In this document: piece by piece, positions 38,892 through 47,116 of the stretch
How the letters are laid out: the number at the start of each line of letters is the position of its first letter
Numbering within the stretch: the stretch's first letter is position 1
DNA from: a virus
Length of the DNA: 64,000 bases
Virus record (IMG/VR): IMGVR_UViG_3300029328_000212
Strand: one strand, 5' to 3'
The notes under the pieces: model-generated
Seen by the model: the letters and a program-made list of their open reading frames with translations, nothing else
Database searches by the model: none
Told to the model about the DNA's origin: nothing
Translations under genes and position numbers: made by a program

Positions 38892-39731
38892 TTAAACAGC
38901 CAGTGCCTTTATAGCATCTACCTGTGCCTGAACACCGTCGCCGTAGCTTACAGGCGAATCCTTAAGGTTTTGAACAAATTCTTTGAACTCATTTGACTCC
39001 TTAATATCGCCGAACTTTTTACCCTTGAACTTGCCAAAGGCAATTACGGTGTCATCAGGCAGTGCCGCCTGAGCCTGCTGCTTACCGCCGCTGCCTTTCT
39101 TTGCTTCCCTCTGTTTAAGAGCGTTCATGGCTTTCTCCTTGCTGTCGAAGGCAAAAGCACTTCCGTCCTTATGTTTAAGCCATGACTTCTTGGCAACATC
39201 ATAAATTATGACTTTGCCGCCGTTTTCACAGATTTTACAGCCATAAGCTTCGGCTAAGACCTTCGGTCCTGCTGTTTGATCCTTCTGCTCTTTCGGCTGT
39301 GACTGCTGCTGTTTAGGCTGTTTTGCCTGCTCATGCTGTTTCTGATCTTCCTTAACTGCTGGCTTGACAGGCTTGTACTTCGCGATTTCATTGTTGGAGT
39401 ACACCTTTCCCTCCGGCAGGTTAAGAAGCTGAATCAATGCCCTGTCGTAAGCTCTGTAATAAGCCATGACCGCAGGGTTTTCCTTTGAAATCTCAGTCTT
39501 GAGACTCGCTGGATTACTTTCGCCGATCTCGGTTTCTTTTCTTCCAGTGTCAGTGTCGAGCGCTGTCGCTTCAAACACGCACATCTGCGGTGTGAGCGTT
39601 AAAGGCTTCAACGTTATATTGAGCCTTGGATACTCACGCACCACCCTTCGTAATGTGTCGTGGGTTATAATATTTAACCCGTCCTCTGTTAATGTTGTAG
39701 GGATTTCAACCCCTAAAAGTTCTGATCTCAT
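38892..39731 (-). CDS. hypothetical protein with Q/K-rich linker and zinc-ribbon-like CKICENGG (279 aa)
   Basis: ORF with GGAGGAAC RBS; low-complexity QQSQPKEQK linker; no assignable domain. Confidence 0.55.
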   Translation of the reverse strand: MRSELLGVEIPTTLTEDGLNIITHDTLRRVVREYPRLNITLKPLTLTPQMCVFEATALDTDTGRKETEIGESNPASLKTEISKENPAVMAYYRAYDRALIQLLNLPEGKVYSNNEIAKYKPVKPAVKEDQKQHEQAKQPKQQQSQPKEQKDQTAGPKVLAEAYGCKICENGGKVIIYDVAKKSWLKHKDGSAFAFDSKEKAMNALKQREAKKGSGGKQQAQAALPDDTVIAFGKFKGKKFGDIKESNEFKEFVQNLKDSPVSYGDGVQAQVDAIKALAV

Positions 39732-39783
39732 ATTGTTCCTCCTTCTATCTTGTTTTGCTACATATTAAGTATGTTTTAAACTT

Positions 39784-40278
39784 TTAAAACGACATTACCG
39801 CCTGGTCCTTGCCCTCCAGATATATATGTACGACGTCATCGCCACCGTTTAACTGCTGGTTTATTTTAAGTACCGTAATTGTATCCGCTATCTTTTTTGT
39901 AAACTGTGTATCAAATCCAGTGGACACGTAAATGTTCATTCCGTCGGTTCTTATTCCGTCAAACAGCTGACTGCTTACAGTTTCGTTCCACTTGGCAACT
40001 TCATCTTTTGTAAACTTGATGTTAATTATCGTTCCTGTCTGAGATATTGAGTATGCCGGAACAAAATCATGCAGAAAATCAAAAACTTTATCGCTTGAAT
40101 AAATTCCATAATTTGTATCAACTGATATGTTGTACAATCTGGACTCCTCGACTACAATTCCGCAGTAATTGTCATCCGTATTCTCTGTGCTTTCTTCTCT
40201 CTCTGCGCCGCATCCTGTAAATGTAAAACACAGCATTAGCAGGATACATAAAATTTTCTTTTTCACATATCTTCCCAC
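39784..40278 (-). CDS. lipoprotein (164 aa)
   Basis: Signal peptide plus lipobox FTFTGCGAE. Confidence 0.65.
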   Translation of the reverse strand: MGRYVKKKILCILLMLCFTFTGCGAEREESTENTDDNYCGIVVEESRLYNISVDTNYGIYSSDKVFDFLHDFVPAYSISQTGTIINIKFTKDEVAKWNETVSSQLFDGIRTDGMNIYVSTGFDTQFTKKIADTITVLKINQQLNGGDDVVHIYLEGKDQAVMSF

Positions 40279-40298
40279 CTTTTCTTTTTTCTGCTTTA

Positions 40299-40340
40299 AG
40301 TATGATTTTTTCTTGTCTGCGCTTTTGCTTTCTATATAAG
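40299..40340 (-). promoter_or_regulatory. bipartite promoter-like element
   Basis: agtatgattttttcttg ... gctttctatataag upstream of lipoprotein gene. Confidence 0.55.
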
Positions 40341-40508
40341 ATTTTCGGTTTTCGCATTATACAGTGGTTTTTCTTTTATAATTTATGTAAAATGTAATCA
40401 AAACTTATATAGAAGGCTATAATTGCAAAATAAAAAAAACATACTATTTGTAGTAAAATAATCATGTTATCTTGTATAAGCGCAATTTAAAGGAGGAATT
40501 ATCTAAAA

Positions 40509-41216
40509 ATGGCCAGTTTAAAGGATCGTTATGTGGATGACCACGTATATTGTGTTCTTAGCGAATATGAAAAAGTATTACTGGGAAACAAGAAAAAGTT
40601 TTCAGTTCCAAAAACAGAGGATAAAAAGGATAAAATAGATGATGTGGCTGCCTTGTGGTGGTCATACGCTATAAAAGACATATGTCACTGGGATTATGAT
40701 CAGGCTGTAGCATTTGTTGACTCAGAATTTGTAAAGCAGATGCGTCTGGAACCATCATTCCAGCATATTCCGCCAGATAAACGTCCTCATGTATCTAAAA
40801 ATATGAATTACGATTTTGCAGTTGCTCTTGTTTATCCAAAAGAGGCTAAATATTCTGCCGCAAAACGTGCAATTGATGAGTATGAACGTGTCAACCATCT
40901 TGGAAAATATGTTAACGACCCAAACGATTATTCGTATTCAAAAGGCTTCTGGAACAAGCCGGAGAATACAGCTCTCTGCCTCGGTTACTGTATTCAGAAT
41001 TTCTTAAGTTACAAAAGTCAGTATGAACTCTACAAGTTCTTTGCCAGTCCTGATGCCTTAAAATTTATTAAAGACCACAATCTTCTTGACGCATTCCGTA
41101 AGAGTATTTGCGAAACCCCTCTTGAATTGTTTCATAAATCTCTTGACTATTCGGCAAGGGATGAATTTCTTTATCATATGGTGAAACGTGAGTCGGAACT
41201 GTCCACTGACAAATAG
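40509..41216 (+). CDS. hypothetical protein (235 aa)
   Basis: Plus-strand ORF with AAGGAGGAAT RBS; promoter motif in plus orientation at 40413-40460 (CTTATATAGAAGGCTAT ... ACATACT). Confidence 0.6.
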   Translation: MASLKDRYVDDHVYCVLSEYEKVLLGNKKKFSVPKTEDKKDKIDDVAALWWSYAIKDICHWDYDQAVAFVDSEFVKQMRLEPSFQHIPPDKRPHVSKNMNYDFAVALVYPKEAKYSAAKRAIDEYERVNHLGKYVNDPNDYSYSKGFWNKPENTALCLGYCIQNFLSYKSQYELYKFFASPDALKFIKDHNLLDAFRKSICETPLELFHKSLDYSARDEFLYHMVKRESELSTDK

Positions 41217-41361
41217 TATCGTTTTGTACACGGAATGCCTGGAATGCGAAGATAGGAAGATGTGTTACGCTGGAATGCTGCATATGTTTGAGGAAGAGAA
41301 AAAGAAAGATAAAGAAAAACCGGGGCTGTAAAGCCTCGGTTTCTTTTGTGACATTTTTCTC

Positions 41362-42297
41362 TTATTTGAGGTTTAACTTAATAAGGATTGTAGAACCTGC
41401 ATCGTCATCAAATGCGTTTGCGATGTCCATCATCTCCTCATCGAGCTCCTCATCTGATCTGACAAATACCGGATGGAAGTATCCACATCTTCCGCCGTAA
41501 CCCTGTTTTCTGAGCATTGGTTCGAGCTTGTTAAAGGCTGAGCGCTGGATTTTTATAACATCCTTTTTGCTCAGAGATTCTCCTGTAACTTTGGACATTT
41601 CAATTACGAGCTCATCAATCGAGATGTCATTGAAGTATACCTGCATTACGACATATCTCTCTCTTACCGGAAGCCTGTCAATAAGCTCCCTTATGGCTTC
41701 TCTCTTAGCTTTTTCAGCTGCGACCACCTCTGGCTGTCCGTAATCTTCAGACTGCTCTGCTGTCTCTCCATTATACTCCTCATGTGTCGTGTTTGAACGT
41801 ACAAAAGCAGACAGTGCCGACTGGTACGACACATCGGCTATCTTTGCGAGTCGTCTGATATATTCCTTTTCGTAAGGAATACCATACTCAGCAGCCGCCT
41901 TTTTAAGCTGTCTCTCGATGTGTGCAAAATGCCCCGTTAACGACTCTGGGTTAAAAAGGCTCTGCACCGCATGCCTAATTATGTAGCCAAAGTATGTACT
42001 TGGCTTTCTAAACCCACCATTTGGTCCGATTGGCTCATATCCTCCGATGTTTGCGATTACTTCTGTCTGACACTCAGACATCAGCTCCTCAAACGAATAA
42101 CGGGAATTTTTAAATTTATTGCACTCCTCGACCATAAGACCATAGAGTGAGTTAACGAAGAAAAGCATAATCTCTTTCTTTTCTTCCTCGTCAGCCCCGT
42201 CGTTGTAGAAGTCGATCATCTCTTTCATTCTTTGAGGATCGTATTCATACTTCTCATTTTCTTTTGCTTTGATCACCTTTCCTGTTGTTCTGATCAT
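41362..42297 (-). CDS. sigma-70 family RNA polymerase sigma factor
   Basis: C-terminal region-4 HTH LPVRERYVVMQVYFNDISIDELVIEMSKVTGESLSKKDVIKIQRSAFNKL; region-2-like segment YFGYIIRHAVQSLF; preceded by AGTATGATTTTTTT motif at 42418. Confidence 0.75.
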   Translation of the reverse strand: MIRTTGKVIKAKENEKYEYDPQRMKEMIDFYNDGADEEEKKEIMLFFVNSLYGLMVEECNKFKNSRYSFEELMSECQTEVIANIGGYEPIGPNGGFRKPSTYFGYIIRHAVQSLFNPESLTGHFAHIERQLKKAAAEYGIPYEKEYIRRLAKIADVSYQSALSAFVRSNTTHEEYNGETAEQSEDYGQPEVVAAEKAKREAIRELIDRLPVRERYVVMQVYFNDISIDELVIEMSKVTGESLSKKDVIKIQRSAFNKLEPMLRKQGYGGRCGYFHPVFVRSDEELDEEMMDIANAFDDDAGSTILIKLNLK

Positions 42298-42655
42298 TTT
42301 TCTTAGCCTCCTTCAAAAGCGGATTTGAATTGACTTTCTCCTCTGCCTTCTGAAAGGCAATAGCTTCACTAAATGTCATGTTCTCCTCCATTCTCCTTTG
42401 TTTCTGTTACAAAACAAGTATGATTTTTTTATTATTAATCACCATCTTAGTTGTAACAATATTCAGTTACTATTTATCATTTTATACCTGTATTCAGTTA
42501 TATTCAAGATTTATTTTATATAAATTTTACTTTTTATGTATTTTATCCAAAAAATATGTTAATATATTTATGTAAATGGAAAAAATTGGCAATATTACTC
42601 CCCCACATCAAAATCCCCACAAAACACAGATTAGGATTAATAAAGAGGTAATTTT

Positions 42656-43003
42656 ATGGACAAACCAATTGCAGATATTACTGATTTAGGACAGCGTATG
42701 AAATATTTCAGAGAATTATCTGGAATGTCGCAGACAGATGTTTCGGCCAAAACCGGTATATCCAAAAACTATTTAAGTGCCGTCGAACGTGGTGTTAATA
42801 TTCCAAGTGCAAATATACTGATTACATATGCTAAAGGATGCCACATATCCCTTGATGATATAGCAGGTCTGCCACGCGATGACGGCATTCTCCCAGAGCT
42901 TCGCATGCGTCTGTCAACTCTCGACATAGAAACGCAGCGCATCATACTTCAGATGATTGATGCATTAGACAGCCACAAGACAAAAGAAACCCCACCGGAA
43001 TAA
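42656..43003 (+). CDS. XRE-family helix-turn-helix transcriptional regulator
   Basis: MSQTDVSAKTGISKNYLSAVERGVNIPSANILITYAKGCHISLDDIAG: classic Cro/C1-type HTH. Confidence 0.8.
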   Translation: MDKPIADITDLGQRMKYFRELSGMSQTDVSAKTGISKNYLSAVERGVNIPSANILITYAKGCHISLDDIAGLPRDDGILPELRMRLSTLDIETQRIILQMIDALDSHKTKETPPE

Positions 43004-43031
43004 GCCGGCGGGATTTTTTATCATAAGACTA

Positions 43032-43460
43032 TTATACAGTCTCTTTCAGGCAAATTAATAAATCTTTTGCCATCTCGTAGCCGTCATTGTTAGCTCTTCT
43101 TATAAGAGTCCACACATGTTTGGCTATAAATGGCTGATATATTTTAACAAAGCTTGTTACCTGGCCTTTTGACCAGTTTTTTATCTCATCAGGATCCATT
43201 GCCTGCACTGAGTCATGCAGGTACGCCCTGATAGCCGCCATATCTCTTTTCTCCGGAGGCAGTGCCATCTGGGTTGTGAAGTCGTCAAGCGACTTTATTT
43301 CAACTTTTCCTGTGTCAGGCTCAACACCTGCAGCCGGAAACATCTCGGCGCCGTTTATGGCTTCCATGAGATGAATCCTTTCCTCTGTTGTCATTTTTGT
43401 AAAGTTCTTGTAGATGACGACAAAATTATCGCCATCTATGTATTTAGCTGTTTCTAACAT
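43032..43460 (-). CDS. hypothetical protein (142 aa), last gene of MoxR-vWA operon
   Basis: Start overlaps/abuts vWA gene stop (43460 vs 43469); no motif. Confidence 0.55.
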   Translation of the reverse strand: MLETAKYIDGDNFVVIYKNFTKMTTEERIHLMEAINGAEMFPAAGVEPDTGKVEIKSLDDFTTQMALPPEKRDMAAIRAYLHDSVQAMDPDEIKNWSKGQVTSFVKIYQPFIAKHVWTLIRRANNDGYEMAKDLLICLKETV

Positions 43461-43468
43461 TGTTTCTC

Positions 43469-45301
43469 CTATCTGCCCGTTCTTTTCACGAGCTTTATAA
43501 GTTTTTTGCTCAGTTCCTTGGCAAGCCCATTTGTATCTTTCATATGAAGAAAATCCTGCCCATAGACATTTTTAAAATATTCAGTGCCTATATTTCCCAG
43601 TCCGACCGCAAATACGTCCGCTGTCTTTCTGGTCTTTTTTACCTCTTCTTTCATTTCCTGTGGACTTCCATAGCCATCTGACAATACGAACACAAATTTA
43701 TGTTCGCTGTTTACGCGGTTTATAATTTCTCTTGCAAATTTAATTGCAAGGGCATCATCTGTGCCGCCCGTTGCCCGCATTTTTATGAGGCTTGAAAGCT
43801 GTTCTTTTGAGTGCTTCCAAGGCACAAACTGTCTTGGCTCTCTCGTAAATCCCATAATGTAAACAGGGATTTTCATCTTTTCACACGCTTCTGCAATAAC
43901 AACAGCTGCACATACAGCGTTTTGTATGTTGTTAAAGTCGTTCATGCTGCCAGAATTATCAACGGCAAGCAGAACCGCCATGTCAGCCCTGTCTGCGGGT
44001 ACGCGTTTCTTGTTGAACACCTTTGCCGTTTTTCCAATACTGCCTCTCATCACGTCGTATCTTCCTGATGTGAAAGGCACATATTCGTCCGTGTCCTCCT
44101 CAAAAAGGCGTTTTAAAGAATTGGCCAGATAATTAATATCTGAACTCAATGCATTTTTTACTTTCGCGTACTGAGTAACAGACATTGGATCTGCACTTAC
44201 AGTATGATTTTTTATCTGCATTTTTTTGCAGACTTTTTCAGAATCTGAAAAGTCATCCTGCAATTTTCCTGATTCAGAGTCAGCTTTCTTCGCATTCTCC
44301 GACATTTTTTTCATGTCAGGCCTAATTTCCTCATCAGCCTTTTTGTCAGCCTCTTTTTTTGAAGCTTCAATACGTTTCAAAATGTCATCAGCCGCCTTTT
44401 CATCATCATTTTCAAGAACTTCTGCAAGTTCTTTTGCTGCGGCTTTCCGCCTGCCTTCTGCTTCACTGCCATTCGAATCCTGCCCTGACCGTTTTTTACC
44501 GGAACCATCTATATCGTTCTGTCCATCTTCGTTGTCATCCTCATCGGGATTAAGTCCACAGTCAGCATTGGCTAAGCTGTTTCCCGTTGCATTCTCTTTT
44601 GAAAGTCTTTTAAGCAGCTCTTTTAGCTTCTGCTCAAATTCTTTTACACTCTTGAACTCTTTTTCCCACAGAGGACGTGATGCTTCCATGCACTCTACTG
44701 CAATGTCAAGACGCTCCTTATTGTTAAATGTCCTGATACCCTTGTAATACAGCGGAGCGATTTTTTTAAAATACTCTTTTGCCTCGTTATAGGTAAAACT
44801 GCCCTTTACAAGGCCCATATCACCAAACTGTATCAACGCATTCATAAGCTGAGTAAATGGTGTTGTTTCACCCTCGTCTATTGACGGACTTTTCTTATAA
44901 ATCTCCCTGATTGTAAATCTGAGGGCATCCACAAGCCCTTCCCCAAGCCTTGAATCAGCAAAATACTCAATTGCCGGATCTTCAAGGGTATTTGAAAAGA
45001 GTCTGTAAACATGGCGCTCGACCCCGCTTTTAAGACTGTACATCAGTTTAATGTCATACTTGAAATTAGTAAAACACTGATGCAGCAGCTCATGTGCAAA
45101 CACTCCCTTGCGGAAGTATGCCGTTTCTGCATGGGTAAAACCTTTATAGTATTCGTGTTCCCACGCGATAAATACAGTTTTACTCATACCATCTGTATAT
45201 CCGAGCTTGTCTCCGCTATGGAGAAAGCTTACCTTAAGAGGCTTTTGCAGGACCATGAAAGCATCCCGTTCAAGCATCTTTTTCTCTTTTTCTTCACTCA
45301 T
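43469..45301 (-). CDS. vWA-domain protein with N-terminal HExxH zinc-metallopeptidase-like module
   Basis: N-terminal FAHELLHQCF (HExxH); C-terminal vWA MIDAS blocks AVLLAVDNSGSMND, ATGGTDD, VFVLSDG; acidic K/E-rich linker. Confidence 0.8.
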   Translation of the reverse strand: MSEEKEKKMLERDAFMVLQKPLKVSFLHSGDKLGYTDGMSKTVFIAWEHEYYKGFTHAETAYFRKGVFAHELLHQCFTNFKYDIKLMYSLKSGVERHVYRLFSNTLEDPAIEYFADSRLGEGLVDALRFTIREIYKKSPSIDEGETTPFTQLMNALIQFGDMGLVKGSFTYNEAKEYFKKIAPLYYKGIRTFNNKERLDIAVECMEASRPLWEKEFKSVKEFEQKLKELLKRLSKENATGNSLANADCGLNPDEDDNEDGQNDIDGSGKKRSGQDSNGSEAEGRRKAAAKELAEVLENDDEKAADDILKRIEASKKEADKKADEEIRPDMKKMSENAKKADSESGKLQDDFSDSEKVCKKMQIKNHTVSADPMSVTQYAKVKNALSSDINYLANSLKRLFEEDTDEYVPFTSGRYDVMRGSIGKTAKVFNKKRVPADRADMAVLLAVDNSGSMNDFNNIQNAVCAAVVIAEACEKMKIPVYIMGFTREPRQFVPWKHSKEQLSSLIKMRATGGTDDALAIKFAREIINRVNSEHKFVFVLSDGYGSPQEMKEEVKKTRKTADVFAVGLGNIGTEYFKNVYGQDFLHMKDTNGLAKELSKKLIKLVKRTGR

Positions 45302-45342
45302 TGTTCCTCCTTCGCCCCGTCTTATGGCGGGGCTTTTTCTTT

Positions 45343-47004
45343 CTAAATCTTAAGAGGCCTTACACTGTTTCTTATTGTTGTTGAGATTTCCCTTGCAAGT
45401 GCAAGGTCCTGTCTGGCTATAGAGCCAATCATTGTATCGTCAACAGCATCGAAACAGTCGTCACCCTCTTCCATGTTTTCAAGCGTACCCATGCAGGTAC
45501 GCAGTGACAGACCTGCGATGACATCATTTCTGTCGCACTCGCAGTCAGTATCCGGGTCTGACAACAGGGCAATAATGTTTGTGTAAACATCGTAAACCCA
45601 TGTGCAGGCCTTCTTGCTGAGTGACGTACCCGCTTCAAGGACTTCGATAAGAGAATCCCTTGTCGGGTCATTTAAGGTGTATGTCTGTCTGAAACGATTT
45701 GCAAAAGCTGCATTAAGCGGCTTTGAGCCCGCTGTTCCGACATTCATTGTGCCTATTACGACACACAGAGGATGTCTTCTTACATCCTTGTAACCGTTCT
45801 CCTTAATGATGAAAGGATATTCAATTGCTTGTCCGAGTCCGCCCATAAGGACAGAAGGATTTGCAAGATTTACCTCCTCAAGAACGATGATTCCGCCATT
45901 CTTGTATGCATCAAGGAAGTTTGTACTGCAGAACTGCGGCTTGCCATCTACAATTGTCGTAATACCAGAGAACTCTGTCTCATCTGTATTGTGGCTTATT
46001 GCAGTTGTATAAACCGGAAGCCCTGTTGCAGCTGAGAGTGCGTAAGCTAGTGTTGTTTTTCCGGTACCAGGTTTTCCAACCATAAGTGCATTTATGTAGT
46101 CGTTTCCAATTACATCCATGTACTGCACGCCCTCTGCCTGTCTTTCAAGCACTTTATCAAGTCTGTGCTTGATTTTCTTTGTCAGACTTTCAAATTGCTG
46201 GCTGCTGACAAAAGTATCAAGAAATGACGCAGGCTGGATATGCATTTTCTGCTCATCTGACCAGTCATAACTAATCTGAAATTTTCCAGCTTTTGCATTC
46301 TTTAAAAATTCCTTGCCATTGCTGCTCTTCTTAGTCTTTGTTTTTTCCTTCTGAAGAGAAGGCTCTGCCTGAAGCTTTACTGAATCAGGCACTAGATCAA
46401 ACATGCTGTGGGTTGTTAACAACCCAGTATTGTATGCTGTCTTTACCTCTTCTATGGTAAGGCTTCCGCTTTCCAGCTCAATCTGTGAATCCTTTATCAT
46501 GTAATAATAAATAATGTCACAGAAAAGATTTGAAAGTAGTTTTGTGTTTTCCGGAGAAGATGTGGCACCTCCAGTCATTGTTCTAACAAGGTTAGCAAAA
46601 GTGCCCCCAAGCTCGCTAGGTGAGACAAGATTTCTCACACTTTTTGCCATTGCGAGCGCAGCAACTGCCACCCACAAATCTTTTTTCACACAGTCAAAAG
46701 TGCTGCGTATGCCAATCGTTCTGTCAGACTTGAGACAAGCCTGTATAAAATTTCCGTGACTTTCAATCATCACTAGAGGCGAGTTTTCAGCCTCATAAAA
46801 TGAGATTTCATTCATTCTTCCAAACAGTCTTATTACAGCTGTTATTTTTGCTGCAGCCGTTGCAGACTGCGCGGGACGCTCCATTGCGAAGCACTGCGGG
46901 TTATTGGAGTACTCATTTACTCCAGTCTCAACCCTTGTTCCGCCTATGATATAACTGCCTTTTATTTTAAAAAGGTCAGTTGCTTTTAAAATTTCCTTTG
47001 CCAT
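45343..47004 (-). CDS. MoxR/CobS-like AAA+ ATPase (AAA_5 family)
   Basis: Walker A MVGKPGTGKTTLA, Walker B IIVLEEVNLA, sensor region; N- and C-terminal extensions of unknown function. Confidence 0.85.
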   Translation of the reverse strand: MAKEILKATDLFKIKGSYIIGGTRVETGVNEYSNNPQCFAMERPAQSATAAAKITAVIRLFGRMNEISFYEAENSPLVMIESHGNFIQACLKSDRTIGIRSTFDCVKKDLWVAVAALAMAKSVRNLVSPSELGGTFANLVRTMTGGATSSPENTKLLSNLFCDIIYYYMIKDSQIELESGSLTIEEVKTAYNTGLLTTHSMFDLVPDSVKLQAEPSLQKEKTKTKKSSNGKEFLKNAKAGKFQISYDWSDEQKMHIQPASFLDTFVSSQQFESLTKKIKHRLDKVLERQAEGVQYMDVIGNDYINALMVGKPGTGKTTLAYALSAATGLPVYTTAISHNTDETEFSGITTIVDGKPQFCSTNFLDAYKNGGIIVLEEVNLANPSVLMGGLGQAIEYPFIIKENGYKDVRRHPLCVVIGTMNVGTAGSKPLNAAFANRFRQTYTLNDPTRDSLIEVLEAGTSLSKKACTWVYDVYTNIIALLSDPDTDCECDRNDVIAGLSLRTCMGTLENMEEGDDCFDAVDDTMIGSIARQDLALAREISTTIRNSVRPLKI

Positions 47005-47116
47005 TTTGTTTCCTCCATTCTTCTTTTTTATACAAAGAGTATGTTTGTTTTTTTGTTTTTGGCATCAAGCATTAAAAAAGACCAGAAATAAATTCTGGTC
47101 TTTCGATGAGTCTGCA

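Noticed and set aside
44226-44747. 173-aa plus-strand ORF
   Set aside because: It is antisense within the vWA/HExxH gene, Ser/Phe-rich, and has no RBS.
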